Shown here: positions 51,183 through 64,000 of the stretch, in pieces
How positions within the stretch are numbered: position 1 is the first letter of the stretch
How the letters are laid out: the number at the start of each line of letters is the position of its first letter
NCBI GenBank assembly: GCA_012026655.1
Contig: JAAILG010000211.1
Span: forward strand, 1-64,000
Direction: 5' to 3'
Length of the DNA: 64,000 bases
DNA from: Hydrolagus affinis
Taxonomy: Eukaryota
The notes under the pieces: generated by a model
What the model saw: only the letters and a program-made list of their open reading frames with translations
Told to the model about the DNA's origin: nothing
The model's database searches: none
Program-made: the position numbers and the translations under genes

Positions 51183-51395
51183 ATGCCTCCCATGCCTCCT
51201 TGCCTCCCTCCTTCAAGGCCCCACTCAAGATTCTTCTATTTGACCGTGCCTTTAGCTGCCCTCCTACCTCTCTGCTCTCCCTCATCCCAACCCTGCCCCA
51301 CTTATGCTCAGGTCCTGACTCCTGACTGTTCAGCTCCTTGAGATGTCCTCCCGAGCAGGAAGGGGCTCTACAAATGTAATTTTGTTGTTGTTTTG
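51183..51395 (+). mobile_element. L2 family A 3' end
   Basis: SFKAPLKILLFDRAF peptide, then tgactgttcagctccttgagatgtcctcccga and (TTG)n. Confidence 0.85.
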
Positions 51396-51879
51396 TGAAC
51401 AAGATAACATTTGTTATACTCTGGTGCTCAGGTACAGCTTCAGGGTTTATGGAGCTGCTGAAAATATTACCCCAAACCTCAGTTATGATTCCTTGTGCAT
51501 TTACTTGAGTATCCCAGGATACATCTCTCTAGCCCAGTGGCTCTCTATACATTTAATCCTTTGAGTTTCGTTACAATTAGCATTTCAGAGGGCCCAGAAT
51601 TTGGCAAATTCGTATAGTCTTAAATTGGAAGCTAATTTTCTACAAGTTTTTTTTATGCCCCACAGAAACTTCCTTTGTCATGTAAAATGGAGCAGCCAAT
51701 TTTTCGAGGGGTGTCAAGTCCTTAGGGGAGTGGGGGGTGACAAAAGGCATCTGCACGTTTGAAAACTTTATCGGGCTAAAATGGAGCTTCTGGTCAGTGT
51801 CGGAAGCTATTCTCCCAATTTCTCATACACCCAATCTGCCCCTGCTTGCCACTGTGAAATGCTAAATTAATAGAGTAAT

Positions 51880-52045
51880 AATATTAATGATAATCCTTGC
51901 ATTTGGTATAGTGCCTTATCCGGTCTCAAAGTGCATCACAGAATTTACTGCACAGTGAATTGACTGTGGACAAATTGCGGCAGACACTTGCACACAGCAG
52001 CATCCCACAAACATTCATGGATTGAAGTGACCAATTTATTATTAT
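51880..52045 (-). mobile_element. tRNA-derived SINE, 3' half
   Basis: aatccttgcatttggtatagtgcc...gtgaattgactg...gcacacagcagcatcccacaaac. Confidence 0.8.
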
Positions 52046-53049
52046 TTGGTTTACTGGAGGAAACCCAGATGCAGTTAAAATAAATTCCGCCTAAAGCTAT
52101 ATCAAAGTAAAACCTAACTCCAAACAGCTAGATGAATAAATTGACTAGGGTTTATGAAAGCATTTGTGATATACAATTTAACACATCTGCCTAATCTCTC
52201 CCTAATTTATCTCTTAAATGATGTATTTGGCCTTTAACATGTCATCTACTGCTAGCATTGCTAAATAAACTTTTTGTCTGAAATCTCTCTCTGTTGCACT
52301 CTTAAACACATTAATATTCTTCTCACTTAACCTCCATTGTAATTTAAATAGCTCCCAGTTCTTATTCAATTTAATTTTCTATTATTTACAAACATGATTT
52401 GGCTTTCAGTTTTTACCTACTTAATCAAGGTTCTTTTGTCTTCTACTTTCTTTGTTTACCTTCTTCCTGATAGGAAAATATAATTCCCCCCCCCACACAC
52501 TTTTCATTAAAATGACCTTACAATGAACCCTATGTTGGTTAATTTTCCAATTCTGTTTCCTCGCTTAATTCTCCCCAGTTATAGTTCTAATGTTTAAATT
52601 CCATACTTATTCACTTAAATTGTAATATTAGACTTCAAAATGGTATCAAATTTAACTGTGTAATGTGCTTGGAGAAATTCATAGAAAAATATTTTGCATT
52701 TGGTAGAAAGAAAATGTAATGAATAATAGTGCATTATGGAGGAAGTTATATGAAAGTAAAGGTTTTCCATTGTAAACATTGTGGGGAGGGAGGGAGGCAT
52801 GGAGAGTGAGAGTTCAATCCCTTTTCAACTCTTAATCATACAGAGAGAGATAATTGGGGAAAAAACTATATCTGTTTAGAAAAACAATTCATCCTGTTGC
52901 AGGATATTATATTTATATAATTATTATAGTATATTTATTATTATATTTATTATATAGATGCAGTCAATAGTTTGGATCTAAAATAGTTTGAATCTCCATT
53001 AAAGCAAAAATCAGCTCAGTGAATGAAAAACGCCCTATGGATTATTATT

Positions 53050-53110
53050 AAGCGCTCTGTGACGCCGTCCGGCGTGGAGGGCGCTATATAAATCGAAGTT
53101 GTTGTTGTTT
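53050..53110 (+). mobile_element. Isolated L2 family B tail with CpGs intact
   Basis: agcgctctgtgacgccgtccggcgtggagggcgctatataaatcgaagttgttgttg. Confidence 0.88.
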
Positions 53111-54349
53111 TTGTATTATGCCCATGAAATAACAAACTACAAAACACACTTTACGAAGTTTTTCATCTACTAAAATGTTTTAATGCAGTGGGAATTTGTG
53201 GCAGGATGCCTTGGGAGCTTTTAGTTGTTCTCGGTTAGATGTATGCAGCAAGACACCACCAATCAAACTGTACTGAACAATTCTGGCTGATCACAGGTCC
53301 CACAGTGGAACATTGTTAACCTTACTGTCTGGTAATTAACTTTGGTCAGCAGCAGAATAATAATTTCATATAAAACAAATCAAACAATAGTGTTATTAGT
53401 TCCACTATTCCTTTTGAAATATTATTAGTAAGAATTTGAATAAATTAATCTTTGAATGTATTCTTCGGATGCATCCATTCCCACATACACATATTAAACA
53501 GCTGTTTATGTGTCCATATATTCCTGAAGGCTTAGTGTCAAACCTATGAATTGCTATAAGGCTTTTCCTTTTAACAATGTAATAAGGTGTGATATCAAAT
53601 ACAAGGTTTTTTTTTATTAACTAGTAATAAAAACACAGAGTCACAGAAGCACCCAAGCCTAGCTATAAAGCTGTTGGCATCAGTTGGGTTCCTGTGCAAT
53701 GTAAAGCATTTTTGAACACTGAAATTGGCCTTTTTAGAACTTTTTTTTTCAAGAGGTTACTAGCCAACTTGTTCCCAAAAGCCTAAAGAGGCTGTTCACA
53801 AATAGCAACTGAGGTTTCACTGACAAATTTCCAGACAAATTTACAGTAAAGTGTATTGGATTGGGGAGAAGCTTTGTATAGAATTTCTCCTCGAATCCAT
53901 TCCTGTGATGCTGTCATTCGAAGTCCTGTGGATACTTTGCTTCCTCAGGAATAAAAAGAATAAATCATACTGAGAAAGAATAATTAATCATGGAGAGTAG
54001 AAATTCCATTGATTGAGACTGAGAATAAGCTCCTGCAGGAAGCAGATGGAGAATTCCTTAACCACACAATAGAGGGTTATAACCACTGAAACCTGGCATA
54101 TGGAAATTCTTTCAGGTACCCCTGCTGTCCCGTTTAATTAACAATGTCTCTCAAATACTTGGGACACATGCTGCTATCGCCAAATTATATTACCAGTCCT
54201 GACTGAGAAGTCCTACCTTGGTTTTACGTAGATATATATATATATATCTCTATACAAGTAGATATATATATTACATAATATTTATGTATTGGGAGCTCTG
54301 TATTGGGTATTTAATGTAATGCGCCAATTGGGAATTATAAGAATTAGGA

Positions 54350-54452
54350 AATAATAATCTTTGATATAGTTTCTTACCATGTCTTCGATAAGTCTCAAAG
54401 CACTTCACAGAATATTTTGTAAAATTAATTGACTGTTTATTTTGTGGGCAAA
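54350..54452 (-). mobile_element. tRNA-derived SINE, 3' part
   Basis: gtctcaaagcacttcacagaatattttgtaaaattaattgactg. Confidence 0.75.
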
Positions 54453-54794
54453 ATGAGCTTTGACTGCAGTAATGACTCGAACATTGTCATACACTGATTG
54501 GGTTGAGCAATGGAATGAGCCTTGGGGTGTGAGAGCACCCAGCTAGGTACCGGATCAACAACCTTGCTGCTTACAAGTTGGGAATGAATAGAAAATATCA
54601 GCTATGGTCAAGGAGGTCATCTATAGGTGAATGATTCATTTTAAATTATTTTTAAACCAATGCATGAATAAAACCCAATCTGCAGAAAATAATAACGCCA
54701 TGTTATATTTGTCAAAATTCATCAATAAAACTGCAAAATAATCTCATTTCTTTCAAGTGCAAAAAATATCATTTGGTATTTATTCATCAAAATA

Positions 54795-54885
54795 AACAAA
54801 CATCTTGCATTTGATATAGCACCTTTTATGTTGGGAGGATGTCTCAAAGCGTTTCACAGGATTGTTTACTTTAAAGTATAGTAAA
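54795..54885 (-). mobile_element. Intermediate-age SINE tail (CTCCC-loop type)
   Basis: cttgcatttgatatagcaccttttatgttgggaggatgtctcaaagcgtttcacag. Confidence 0.72.
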
Positions 54886-57800
54886 TTAATATTTTAGAGG
54901 CAAAAGCAAAAGTCTTCCATTTCAATCAGTTTGAATGCTATAAACATTGAATTACAGCATCAAGAAGCTGCTTCTTAAATGACAATAATGTTCCATTCCA
55001 TCTGTTAATCTCCCTCTGTTAATCAGCCCTGAAAATGTCATATTTTGTCCATCCTGTTGCTGGCAATATCTGAAAACATTGTTTACGTTTGATTTTTCTC
55101 TCTTTTTTTAGCATCTTGCTTACCTCTATAAGCACAATTCAAGCTGGAATGATGTGTTTTCCTAGTTATTCCTTATAGCTCATCCCTCTAATTCTGGGAA
55201 TCAACCTGGACATTTGAACGCAATTTGGCATTGCAGTCTAGCATCCTGATTGTGTTGTGAAATCAGGAGCCAATGTTAATTCACAAATGCAAATATTCAA
55301 GAGAAAACATTTTTATAACATTGTTGCCTCGCCAACGTGACTTGGCATGGAGTTTCTATGGAGCAGGGTAGTTTTGTGAAATGCTCTTCCAAAAATAAAT
55401 ATCATCTTGTTTGATCATATTGAGTAAATCAACTAAAATTTACAACTGGGTGATTACACCTGCTAATCAAAATGCCTTCTGTTGATGTTTCCTAGTTTAA
55501 GGAAATCTGTCTTTGTCAGCACAAATATAATGGGAATAGCTCTCTGTCGCCTTTAGAGTTTCAAGTGACGGACTGGCTGAGGGCTACTGTAAAACCTTAG
55601 GGGGTAAAAATTGCCGAAGCATGGAATGAGAAAGCAAATAGTGTATCACCTTTAATGTTAATGTCAAGGTTGTGTTTACTGCAGAATCTACTTTGAAATC
55701 TGTGTTCAATTCCAAACAGAAGTAAAGAATGTAAAGAATGATTTGGTTGAGGAATCTCAGGAGACATCTGAGATGGTTGGTTGCTAAGCCAGAGATACAT
55801 AATGCAAGTAGGTACATCTGCACTGAAAGGCAGCTTCTCCTCAACTACTGTTTCCTGTTTCCCTTCTCCCGAAGGGAATATAGTGCTTCTGTTTTACCTC
55901 AGCACCGCAGTGATGTAGAATTTCCCATTTTAACTACAACTATAACCAATCTGTAATTTACCAAACAGTGAGTTTCTGTGATCTCTCCTGGGTCATTGTG
56001 GGAAGGTGTCAAACATTGTTCATCCCTCCACTGGTTTACATGTACCCGGAGACAAGCCACTTGCTCACTCTCTGGATCAAAAGTGGCTGTGATCCATAGA
56101 GCGAGCACTTCCTTCCCCCGATTACATACCCCCCCCCCCGCCAACCCCCACTCCCGCCCCCCACTACCCACACACACACCTTCGCTGGACGTCACAAACA
56201 TCTCTTTCTTCTACTTGTAAATCAACTTAATAAATTCTGAGTCTTGTAGCAAGAGCAAAAAAGGAGAGTTTAATGAATGCAAGTGAGATTTATACTAAAT
56301 TTCTATGTGCAACATGTCACTTCTCTTTTACAATATGCAATCAGTAAACTCTCTTTATTGATAAGTAGTGGATGTTTCCCTAGCAATGGAAACCATAAAA
56401 ATTGTTATATTGAATAAAGTGTTATTTCAGCTATGTTTCAGTTTGGATTTTGTTATTTACACCGTATGTCACTGATCATTTAATTCAATCACAATTGACC
56501 TTTCATTGTGGATCACTCCAAATTTAATTTGTGTTATCTGAACACTGTTTAAGTATATTGACCTTTTAAACAGATGTGGTGGGAGAGTAATTGATACATT
56601 CATTGATCTAGTTGCAATGCCAAATTGTAGGTATGAAACTTAACAAGCATATTGCCCTGTTAACATTTAAATATTTATACTGGAATGAATCAAGCATGGA
56701 TTCCATCCTACATTTGAACCTACCACTAATAAATAGTATCTATATCAATTTAGTCTTGGAGTGCAGTACAAGCAACTATGACAAAGGATGATACAATTTT
56801 GATATTGTGTACACATATCTAATCTTACTGCTGAGTCGGTTTCTAATTACCTTGTGTTTCTCCTCCGAAAAATTACAATGTGATGCCCTGTAGACTTGCA
56901 GAACTGATCTTTGGTTATTGCTGGTATGATTAAACTTCAACGGTCTCAGTTTTAAAACATTGCTTACAGTGTACAGTGCTAAAGTCCTGGACTACTACTC
57001 ATACTGTGTACATTAAAAATTCTGTGGTCCAGTTTTAGTCTACATAGTATTTCAGTGCGCCAAATCCTTAAATATGTTCTTAATTTTGCAGCTGCTTTTC
57101 TTTTAAGTTATTTCAAGATCTACAGACTTTGCAATTTATTACAACATAGTTTTAAAAGAATGACATTGAAGATGTTGTTGATGATGTAGGCTTTTAAAAA
57201 AAATCCAACCATCAATAATATCTCAAAATTAATTTTGATAAGAAAACATATTATTTGCTGAAAATTCTAATCAGGAAAATATCAGGGTACTTACGTTGTG
57301 GCACATGCACGGCACATTGTCTGCATTTAAGTAAGAAGCAAAGTGTGATCGACCATCTGTCAATAAATTCCTCTATTTGGTTTCAACCAAGCAGAAAATT
57401 GAGTTAGTTTAAAGTGGAAATTTGGGTTTGTTTCAATTTCTGACAATTCGTATAAACCATATCCTATTAAATTTGGTGGAAATAAAATCATACATCTGCT
57501 ATTTAAGCATAATCTATTGAATTATTATCTGTAGTGGAATGCATTACCACCATTCTGAAGACAAACAGCTCTTTTGATGAAAGTGGGAATTGGCAACATT
57601 CTCTGTTCTTCAAACCCTGGGCTTATGCCAATGCTTAACTTGCTACTAAGAGATTTTCAGATGTTGCCCACATTCTCCTATTCACGTGACTGAAATATGC
57701 AATGGGTCTGTCCCATGCATTGACTTCAAGCTATTTCTTTGCAGTATTGAAGTGAACATGCATATTAACAAGTTCGTGATTTGGAGTGTTTTTATCTTGT

Positions 57801-57971
57801 TCTCACAAACAGTGCATTTGCTTTGGCTATGACCTCTTCAAATAGAAATACAACCTTGCTCTTTACGTACTTGGGTTTTCTGCTCCATAGTATATTTCCT
57901 GCCACAATTAACAAATAGGATCTCAAAATCTGTCTTCAAGGTACAGTAATTTCTTGTTGTTTCTTTTCTTG

Positions 57972-58068
57972 AGTAATTATTATCAGGTGTGTGGAGTAAG
58001 GAAACATGCCCAAGAATCCAGGACTCTTGCTTGCAAGGTGAGTGCTCTACCATTGAACTACAGGACTA
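57972..58068 (-). mobile_element. tRNA-derived SINE head
   Basis: gtgtggagtaaggaaac...gagtgctctaccattgaactacaggact. Confidence 0.82.
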
Positions 58069-58073
58069 TTTAA

Positions 58074-58640
58074 CCCTTGTATTTGATGTAGCGCCTTTCA
58101 TGTTGGGAGGACAAATCCTATAGCTCAGTTGCTAGAGCACTTGCCTCTCATGCGAGAGACATGGGTTCGATTCCTGGCAGGGCATAATAATGCAAGCAAA
58201 AAAAAGCAATAATAAACTGGTCACTTGAATCCACAACTGTTTGTGGGATACTGCTGTATGAAATTGGCTGCTGCGTTTCGCCCACAAATATACCATCAAT
58301 TCACTTCACTGTACATTCTGTGAAGCACTTTGAGATGTGTAGAAGACATGAAAAGCACTATATCAAAGGCAAGGATTGTTATTATTGTCTCATAGCACTT
58401 CACACAATATACAGTATTGTAAAGTGTGGTGACTGTATATTTTGAAGGTGAAGGCGGCAACCAATTTGCACATAACTATATCTCACAAACAGCCATGAAG
58501 TGAGTATCCAACTTTATTTGGGGGTTGTTGGCTATGGGAACTGGAAAAAAAAACAATTGTTGGAAAGTTTAATATCTACATAAACAAGTAAACACAACTT
58601 CAGTTTAACATCTCAACCAAAGGGCGGCATCTCTGATAAT
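58074..58640 (-). mobile_element. Older Deu SINE (CTCCC-loop tail) split by a younger SINE
   Basis: ...gttgggaggaca | tctcatagcacttcac... with Deu motif gtttaacatctca...aagggcggcatctctga at about 58602-58636. Confidence 0.7.
58114..58387 (+). mobile_element. Full-length tRNA-derived SINE (young family)
   Basis: A box tagctcagttgctagagc, B box ggttcgattcc, Deu-like body and tail. Confidence 0.9.
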
Positions 58641-58758
58641 ACATGGTTACCTGATACATACAATATTTTAATATGTCTGCACTTATCTACTGTGATGATG
58701 CAAGATTTCTACTTCAACAAATATGAATGAATGTGTCATAGTCACTAAAATACACTGT

Positions 58759-58925
58759 ACAACAACAACAACAACTTTGATTTATAAAGCGCTGGATGGC
58801 ATCTCAGGGCACTTCACAATAGCGGATCCCAGGACCGAGCCAAGGGCAGGGGTAGAAAGGTGACCAAAGGCACGATTGAAGAGAAAGGTCTTCAGCTGGG
58901 ACCCGAAACTGAGAAAAGAGAGGGG
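58759..58925 (-). mobile_element. L2 family B 3' end
   Basis: Minus-strand peptide LKTFLFNRAFGHLSTPALGSVLGSAIVKC and (CAA)n on the + strand. Confidence 0.88.
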
Positions 58926-61900
58926 CATAACTGTACAGAGATAAAATGAGTAGAATGTGACTTACGTAAAATACTGGTGAAATAAAACAACAAAGAGGAT
59001 ATTTTTTGTTTAACTTCCCCTCTGTGTTTTTTTAAAATCTTTTATAGACACTCACATCCCATTTCATTGACTGATCAGGTTAGGAAATAATTCACAAACC
59101 CCTCATAAAAATGCACAATTGCAGCTGCATGTCACAGATAACAGAAGCTGTTGGGCTTTGTGGTAGTCCTGCAATTAGAATGCAGAGAATGTAAAAATCT
59201 AAGATCAATGTGCTTTTAGTTGACATTAACTGTTCTTCAGGGTTTTTTGCATTGATGCATATTCAGCCACACAAAAGTGTTCATAGGGATCTGGGGTTCA
59301 TTCTTGAGTGGTGCTAAACAAACACATTGAGCAGGGAGGTTGAATGAGAAGAATCACCATGGAAAGACTTCTGCTGTGTTCATCTAACTAATCTTTGGCA
59401 ATGAGATTTCAATACAGTATGCTGTAGCCAGACAAAGTTCTGGCCATGAGTCTGGCTACAATTTGCTCATGACCACTTGCTGAAATGTTCATCAAAGTTC
59501 AATCCAGACCATGTTATGTAGTCGTTGTATCCTTTCGCTAACATACTGAGTAGCTCTCATTATTAGCGAAGAGGAAATATTAATTTGTCCAGCATATAAA
59601 ATATGCAGTACCAGTATTTAGTATTTGTATGAATTGAGCACATCTATCAACAACACTCACGAAAACCTAATTTTCACATGTATTTATATAGTGCCCCTCA
59701 CGCAGGAAGGTTATCGTATTAGTGCTGTAGAGTATCTTTCTCCTGAAGCTTTCAATTAAATTTAGAATTGGGTCAAATGTGCTTACACTGCTTAATAAAT
59801 TTCTTAACAAGAAATGTGCAATTATCAATCTTGCAAATATCAGATGTACTAACCATGGAACATTCCTGGTTTTAGAAATTCAGTACTTGCATACATCAAT
59901 AAATACTTCAAATTAGACCTAAATATATACAAACATGTACACTTAAATAACTGCAATATCTTGCCAAGTAAAAGTTTGCAGTTGTAAATATAACAGACAT
60001 TTTATCAAATAAACCCTCAAAGTTACTTTGTGTGTGTGAAAAAAGTAGATTGGTCTGAGATTTAGCGACAAAACGGAAACCCAGACATTTTTGCTGGTTT
60101 AAAATAACACTTTAACAGTCTTAGCTCAGCAGATAATCACTGGCAGGTGATTTTAGATTTCTGCATAAAATGTAGAAATATCCACATGACTAAGTGTTTC
60201 AAAAGCAGAAGAAGTGGTGTGCATTTCTTTGCCATTCGTGTTCCATACATGTGGTTTGAATTGACACACTGAAGTGCAGATGCACCATCTCTTAGGTTTC
60301 AATAGCATGAAAGATCAAGTTACTGAAAGCAACTCAAGTCCTGCTGTGTGTCTGTTTCTTTAGCGGGTAAATTGTGGCATATAGAGGGCTAACTTCATCT
60401 CGTGTGATGGCTTGGGACCATACTTATTTCAGAAAACAGTTGGTTCTGAAATCTGTCAAATTTGGTTACAATATTCCACTGTTGCGTAGACATAGTATTT
60501 GCAGAACTCTGATGTTTCCAACTATAACAACCATAGCAAAGCATCCTGGAGAATTCCTAAATGTTTGGTCTTGTGATCTTCACTACTCGTTTCCTCCAGC
60601 ACAGAAATAAAGACATATTGTACTTGGCTGATTCACTGCATTTTGTGATAATTAAATTTTCGTGAGTGTTGATTTCTTCTGATACTCAATTGTTTACCAA
60701 ACAGCAGATTGTTGTATTTGAAATGGTCTAATAGCTGTTCGTTCAGTATGGTTTTCATGATTCGAAACACAATTAACTTCTGAGACACCGACCTGAGGTT
60801 TGACTATAATCCTTTGTTGTGGGTACAAATAAGATCTGCTGCTTTTCATTCAATTGGGAATGAAAGTAGATGTGAACCATTATATAAATGAACAGCAGCA
60901 GCTCATTCATTCAAATAGGATTTTCAGAATCTGAGCACCTATCCACTGAGCAAGAAGATTTTCTGAGCAGATTGTGAAAGGAGTCTATGATTGATCTTGA
61001 TTCTGCTGATTGATTACTTTGATCGATCCTTAGTGCTCGTCAGTGAGCTGTATGCCTTGTTGCTAATCATTGATTTGTTTCTTTGGTGAGCTGATAACAG
61101 TCGTTTCACTTTCAGATTGATGTTGTATTCATGGCATCACAACAGAAATACAATAGCCTATGATAGACTTTACGAAGAAGCACTGCAACCATTTTCAGGA
61201 ATTTTGAAAATAATACACCCAGGCACAGAGATAGATTGCCGAGACATTTTGGAAAGTGTAGCAAACTTTGGCATGTGGCCATGTTTTAACAGCAGGTGAC
61301 ATCAAAAGACAGGTGGATGTTTATTGTGAGCTGCTTGTAGAAGATACTAACAAATAAGATTGGCAGATGTTTGTCATCTGGGTATGTAAGGACTTATTAA
61401 CATGAAGACCTAAAAAACAGATACAGAGAAAAACTTGGGCTTTCCTGCAGAGTTGGGGTATTGAGTTTAGTACTTATTGCAAGTAGTAACTAATTTTTTT
61501 TCCGCATGTTCATTCTGATTTGATGTAAAAAACTGCTGAAATCAATAGAATGATGAACATTCATTCCCTAATGTAAATCATTGTCAGCTGCTATTTTGAG
61601 CAGTTTGTTCGCTTTCCAGCTTTTTCTATATTTCTATATTAAATAACTGATGGCGCCCTTTTGCCATACATCTGTGATTTTAGAAATATTAAATCAAGAG
61701 GTTTGAGGTTTGTTTCTAACAAAAATATTCTTGCACATTAACTGTTCCCAGCAAGTATTTTTCATGGTTGGCAAAGTTCCAGTTCTTTTGTTGTACTGCA
61801 AGCTAAAAATTCCTATTGAAACAGTCAGTACACAGCCAAAGAGCAAACCAAGAATTGAAATTAAGAAACAAACTACAGAATAATGTGAGATGAATCAAAT

Positions 61901-63174
61901 GTGAAATGTGCTTTGAAAGAATTACAACATTAAGAATATATTACAAACCTTAAAAGAGTAACCATTCCAGTAACTGTGCTTGACTTGTCATCAAGTAATT
62001 TACTGATAATCAGTGGTGGGATATTATTCAATACTTTTAATAAAACTTACTGGAAATTCATTACACACAACCTCTAAAGTAACTAATACATATTGATATA
62101 TATATCTATGAGAGTGAATTTGTACATCATCCTATGTCACGTTAAGTCTTTAAGACATACAGTATGTACTTTATAATTTTACTTAAACTCTGATTTTTAA
62201 TTTACTGTTCTGCAAATATGTTTGTTTTTATTTTACGAAGTCTAAGATTCTTAATCTCTGTTGCTATCTATGTATGGAGAGGGTGTCTAGATAGTAGAGG
62301 ATTGGTTGAGAAGGTGGCGAGATCGAGGGAACTACAATCTCCGATATAGTTTATTGCAATAGTTTTAATGGTCATGCTAGGATATTAGAACTAATAGACT
62401 GACAACAAAATAGTCTCACATGTGCTATTTTCTCCTCTCCGGCTATGATGTTTCTTGCAGATTTCCATTCAGTAAATGATGGTTGCTAATTAATTTCAGC
62501 TCTCTTTCCCACCCATGTAGCTTTGGCAGGAAGATTGAAGGGCTGGAAACGTACAGTGCTGAAGGAAAATATTAATGAGCTAGAAGAATAAGATATGCAT
62601 GTGCTCGGCTGACCATTATAGTTTGACATTTGTTAGACAGTGCTGTGTGTTGTCATACAATTTTGAGTTGAACTGAAGTTTCATAAACACTGGAGGAATT
62701 TCTTGATCCAGCTAGAGGATTTTTTTATTTTTTTTTAATCAATTTCTTTGAATGAATCTGAATTTCTGAGATAAAGCAGGAAGCAAGTAGATTCCAGGAA
62801 TATGAAAGTGAAAATTGTAGGAATTCTGACTGCTTTAATTTGCCTTATTAAATATTAAAGTGGTGCTTTCATTCTAATGGGGAGATTAAAGAGGAGAGTG
62901 GCTATAGTAATATAAGATACTAAGCTGGTATATAATAGCAAACTGCTCAAAAGCAATGTCTCCAACAGCTTCTTAATACTAAAATATTATTTTTGAAGTT
63001 TTAATAATAATGATTTCCAAATACATCTTAAATAATTTCAATACAACAGCTGGAGATATAGGGATATCTTTCTATCACTAGGATAACATAATTGTGATGT
63101 ACTTTATGGGTGAAACCTTTTTTTGGAAATGATTACCATCCACAGATAAACAGTCTACTAATTGGCTTATAAGC

Positions 63175-63260
63175 AGATTCCTACTTATTGCTGGGTAAAC
63201 AGAGGCTTGTGTGTGGAGTAAGAAATCTTGCCTACGATAGGCCTTGCTTGATGGGAGCTA
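63175..63260 (-). mobile_element. Long-variant SINE fragment (CORE-like segment)
   Basis: ttcctacttattgctgggtaaacagaggcttgtgtgtggagtaagaaatcttgcc. Confidence 0.7.
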
Positions 63261-64000
63261 ATTCTTTCAGTCTTTCCCTCCAAATTCTGCCCCCCACCCC
63301 AAAAATTTAGAGGTTTTACTTTAATCCTCAGGATTTTCTCACAATTGATTTTTATTCCTATAGTAAACACACTGGGGAACAGCATTCTTGCAGGCCAAAG
63401 CCAATATTTCTAGCTCATTTTAAAATTAAACATTGTATAACTGTAGCAGTAATTATGCTGTGTGAGTTACACAAAGCTTGTGTGTAATATAGTTATTGCT
63501 ACAGTTATATAATGTTTTGAGTGAATTACTAGAAAGATTCAGTTCTGAATTGGTCAATGGAGTAAATAAATATTAATATTGGTCTGGACAAACTGGTTGG
63601 ATGTCAGCCTTGTATTTATATATGCATAATATATAATATATGTACATATATAATGTATGTATTATGTAAATAGGAAAGTAGTTCCAGATTTTGTTGCATT
63701 CTTCCTTATTAATTTCTAAACACAGCTGCTTTTATTGGGATTGCCCTTAAGCCTTTTTCCTCATCCTGCTCTTCCAAATTTATCACAGATTTACAGTTCT
63801 TAAGCATCACTCTTCATTATTATCGAAATATTGAGTTACTGAATAAATTAAACCTGGATACCATGGCATTGACACTGATACAAACATGTTTAAATTATCT
63901 ATGAATACTATACAGCCTTGAGCAATCTCAGGCCATATGAATCATTTGCCTTTATTTTGTTCGCCTGCAACAGTTACTATATTGTTGTAAACCTTGTGAA

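Noticed and set aside
56110-56175. C-rich tract (G-quadruplex potential on the minus strand)
   Set aside because: Simple low-complexity sequence with no evidence of function
59423-59460. 11-bp inverted repeat tgtagccagac / gtctggctaca
   Set aside because: Short stem with a 16-nt loop and no other support; could be chance in 64 kb
61270-61300. tggccatgt as the start of the last fgf13 exon (VAMY)
   Set aside because: No AG acceptor and no KEPSLHD continuation; the last exon is beyond the window

Overview
AT-rich vertebrate genomic DNA. The repeat complement (SacSINE1-like Deu SINEs, shark-type CR1 tails, L2 LINEs) points to a cartilaginous fish, plausibly a chimaera such as Callorhinchus; this is inferred. 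The whole window lies inside one + strand gene of the intracellular FGF (FHF) family, best matching FGF13. Two coding exons are present (8857-8960, 104 nt; 40739-40937, 199 nt), separated by a 31.8 kb intron. The upstream exons and the last exon are outside the window. Everything else is intron containing transposon relics: two L2 families, a tRNA-derived SINE family with an L2-type tail, older Deu and LF-like SINEs, CR1 3' ends, Tigger-like MITEs, a hAT-like end and a Penelope-like relic. There is no prokaryotic system, CRISPR array, real tRNA/rRNA gene or intact transposon ORF, and the other listed ORFs are chance or TE-derived. The most notable observations are: a LINE/SINE 3' hairpin supported by compensatory base changes; L2 ORF2 C-terminal extensions whose frame is kept across copies (one family reads through the hairpin); a SINE that seems to join CORE-like and Deu-like domains; a perfect 20-bp hairpin; and a filled/empty site pair that shows how an L2 tail inserted. 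Repeat family names are from recalled consensus sequences, and repeat boundaries are approximate.
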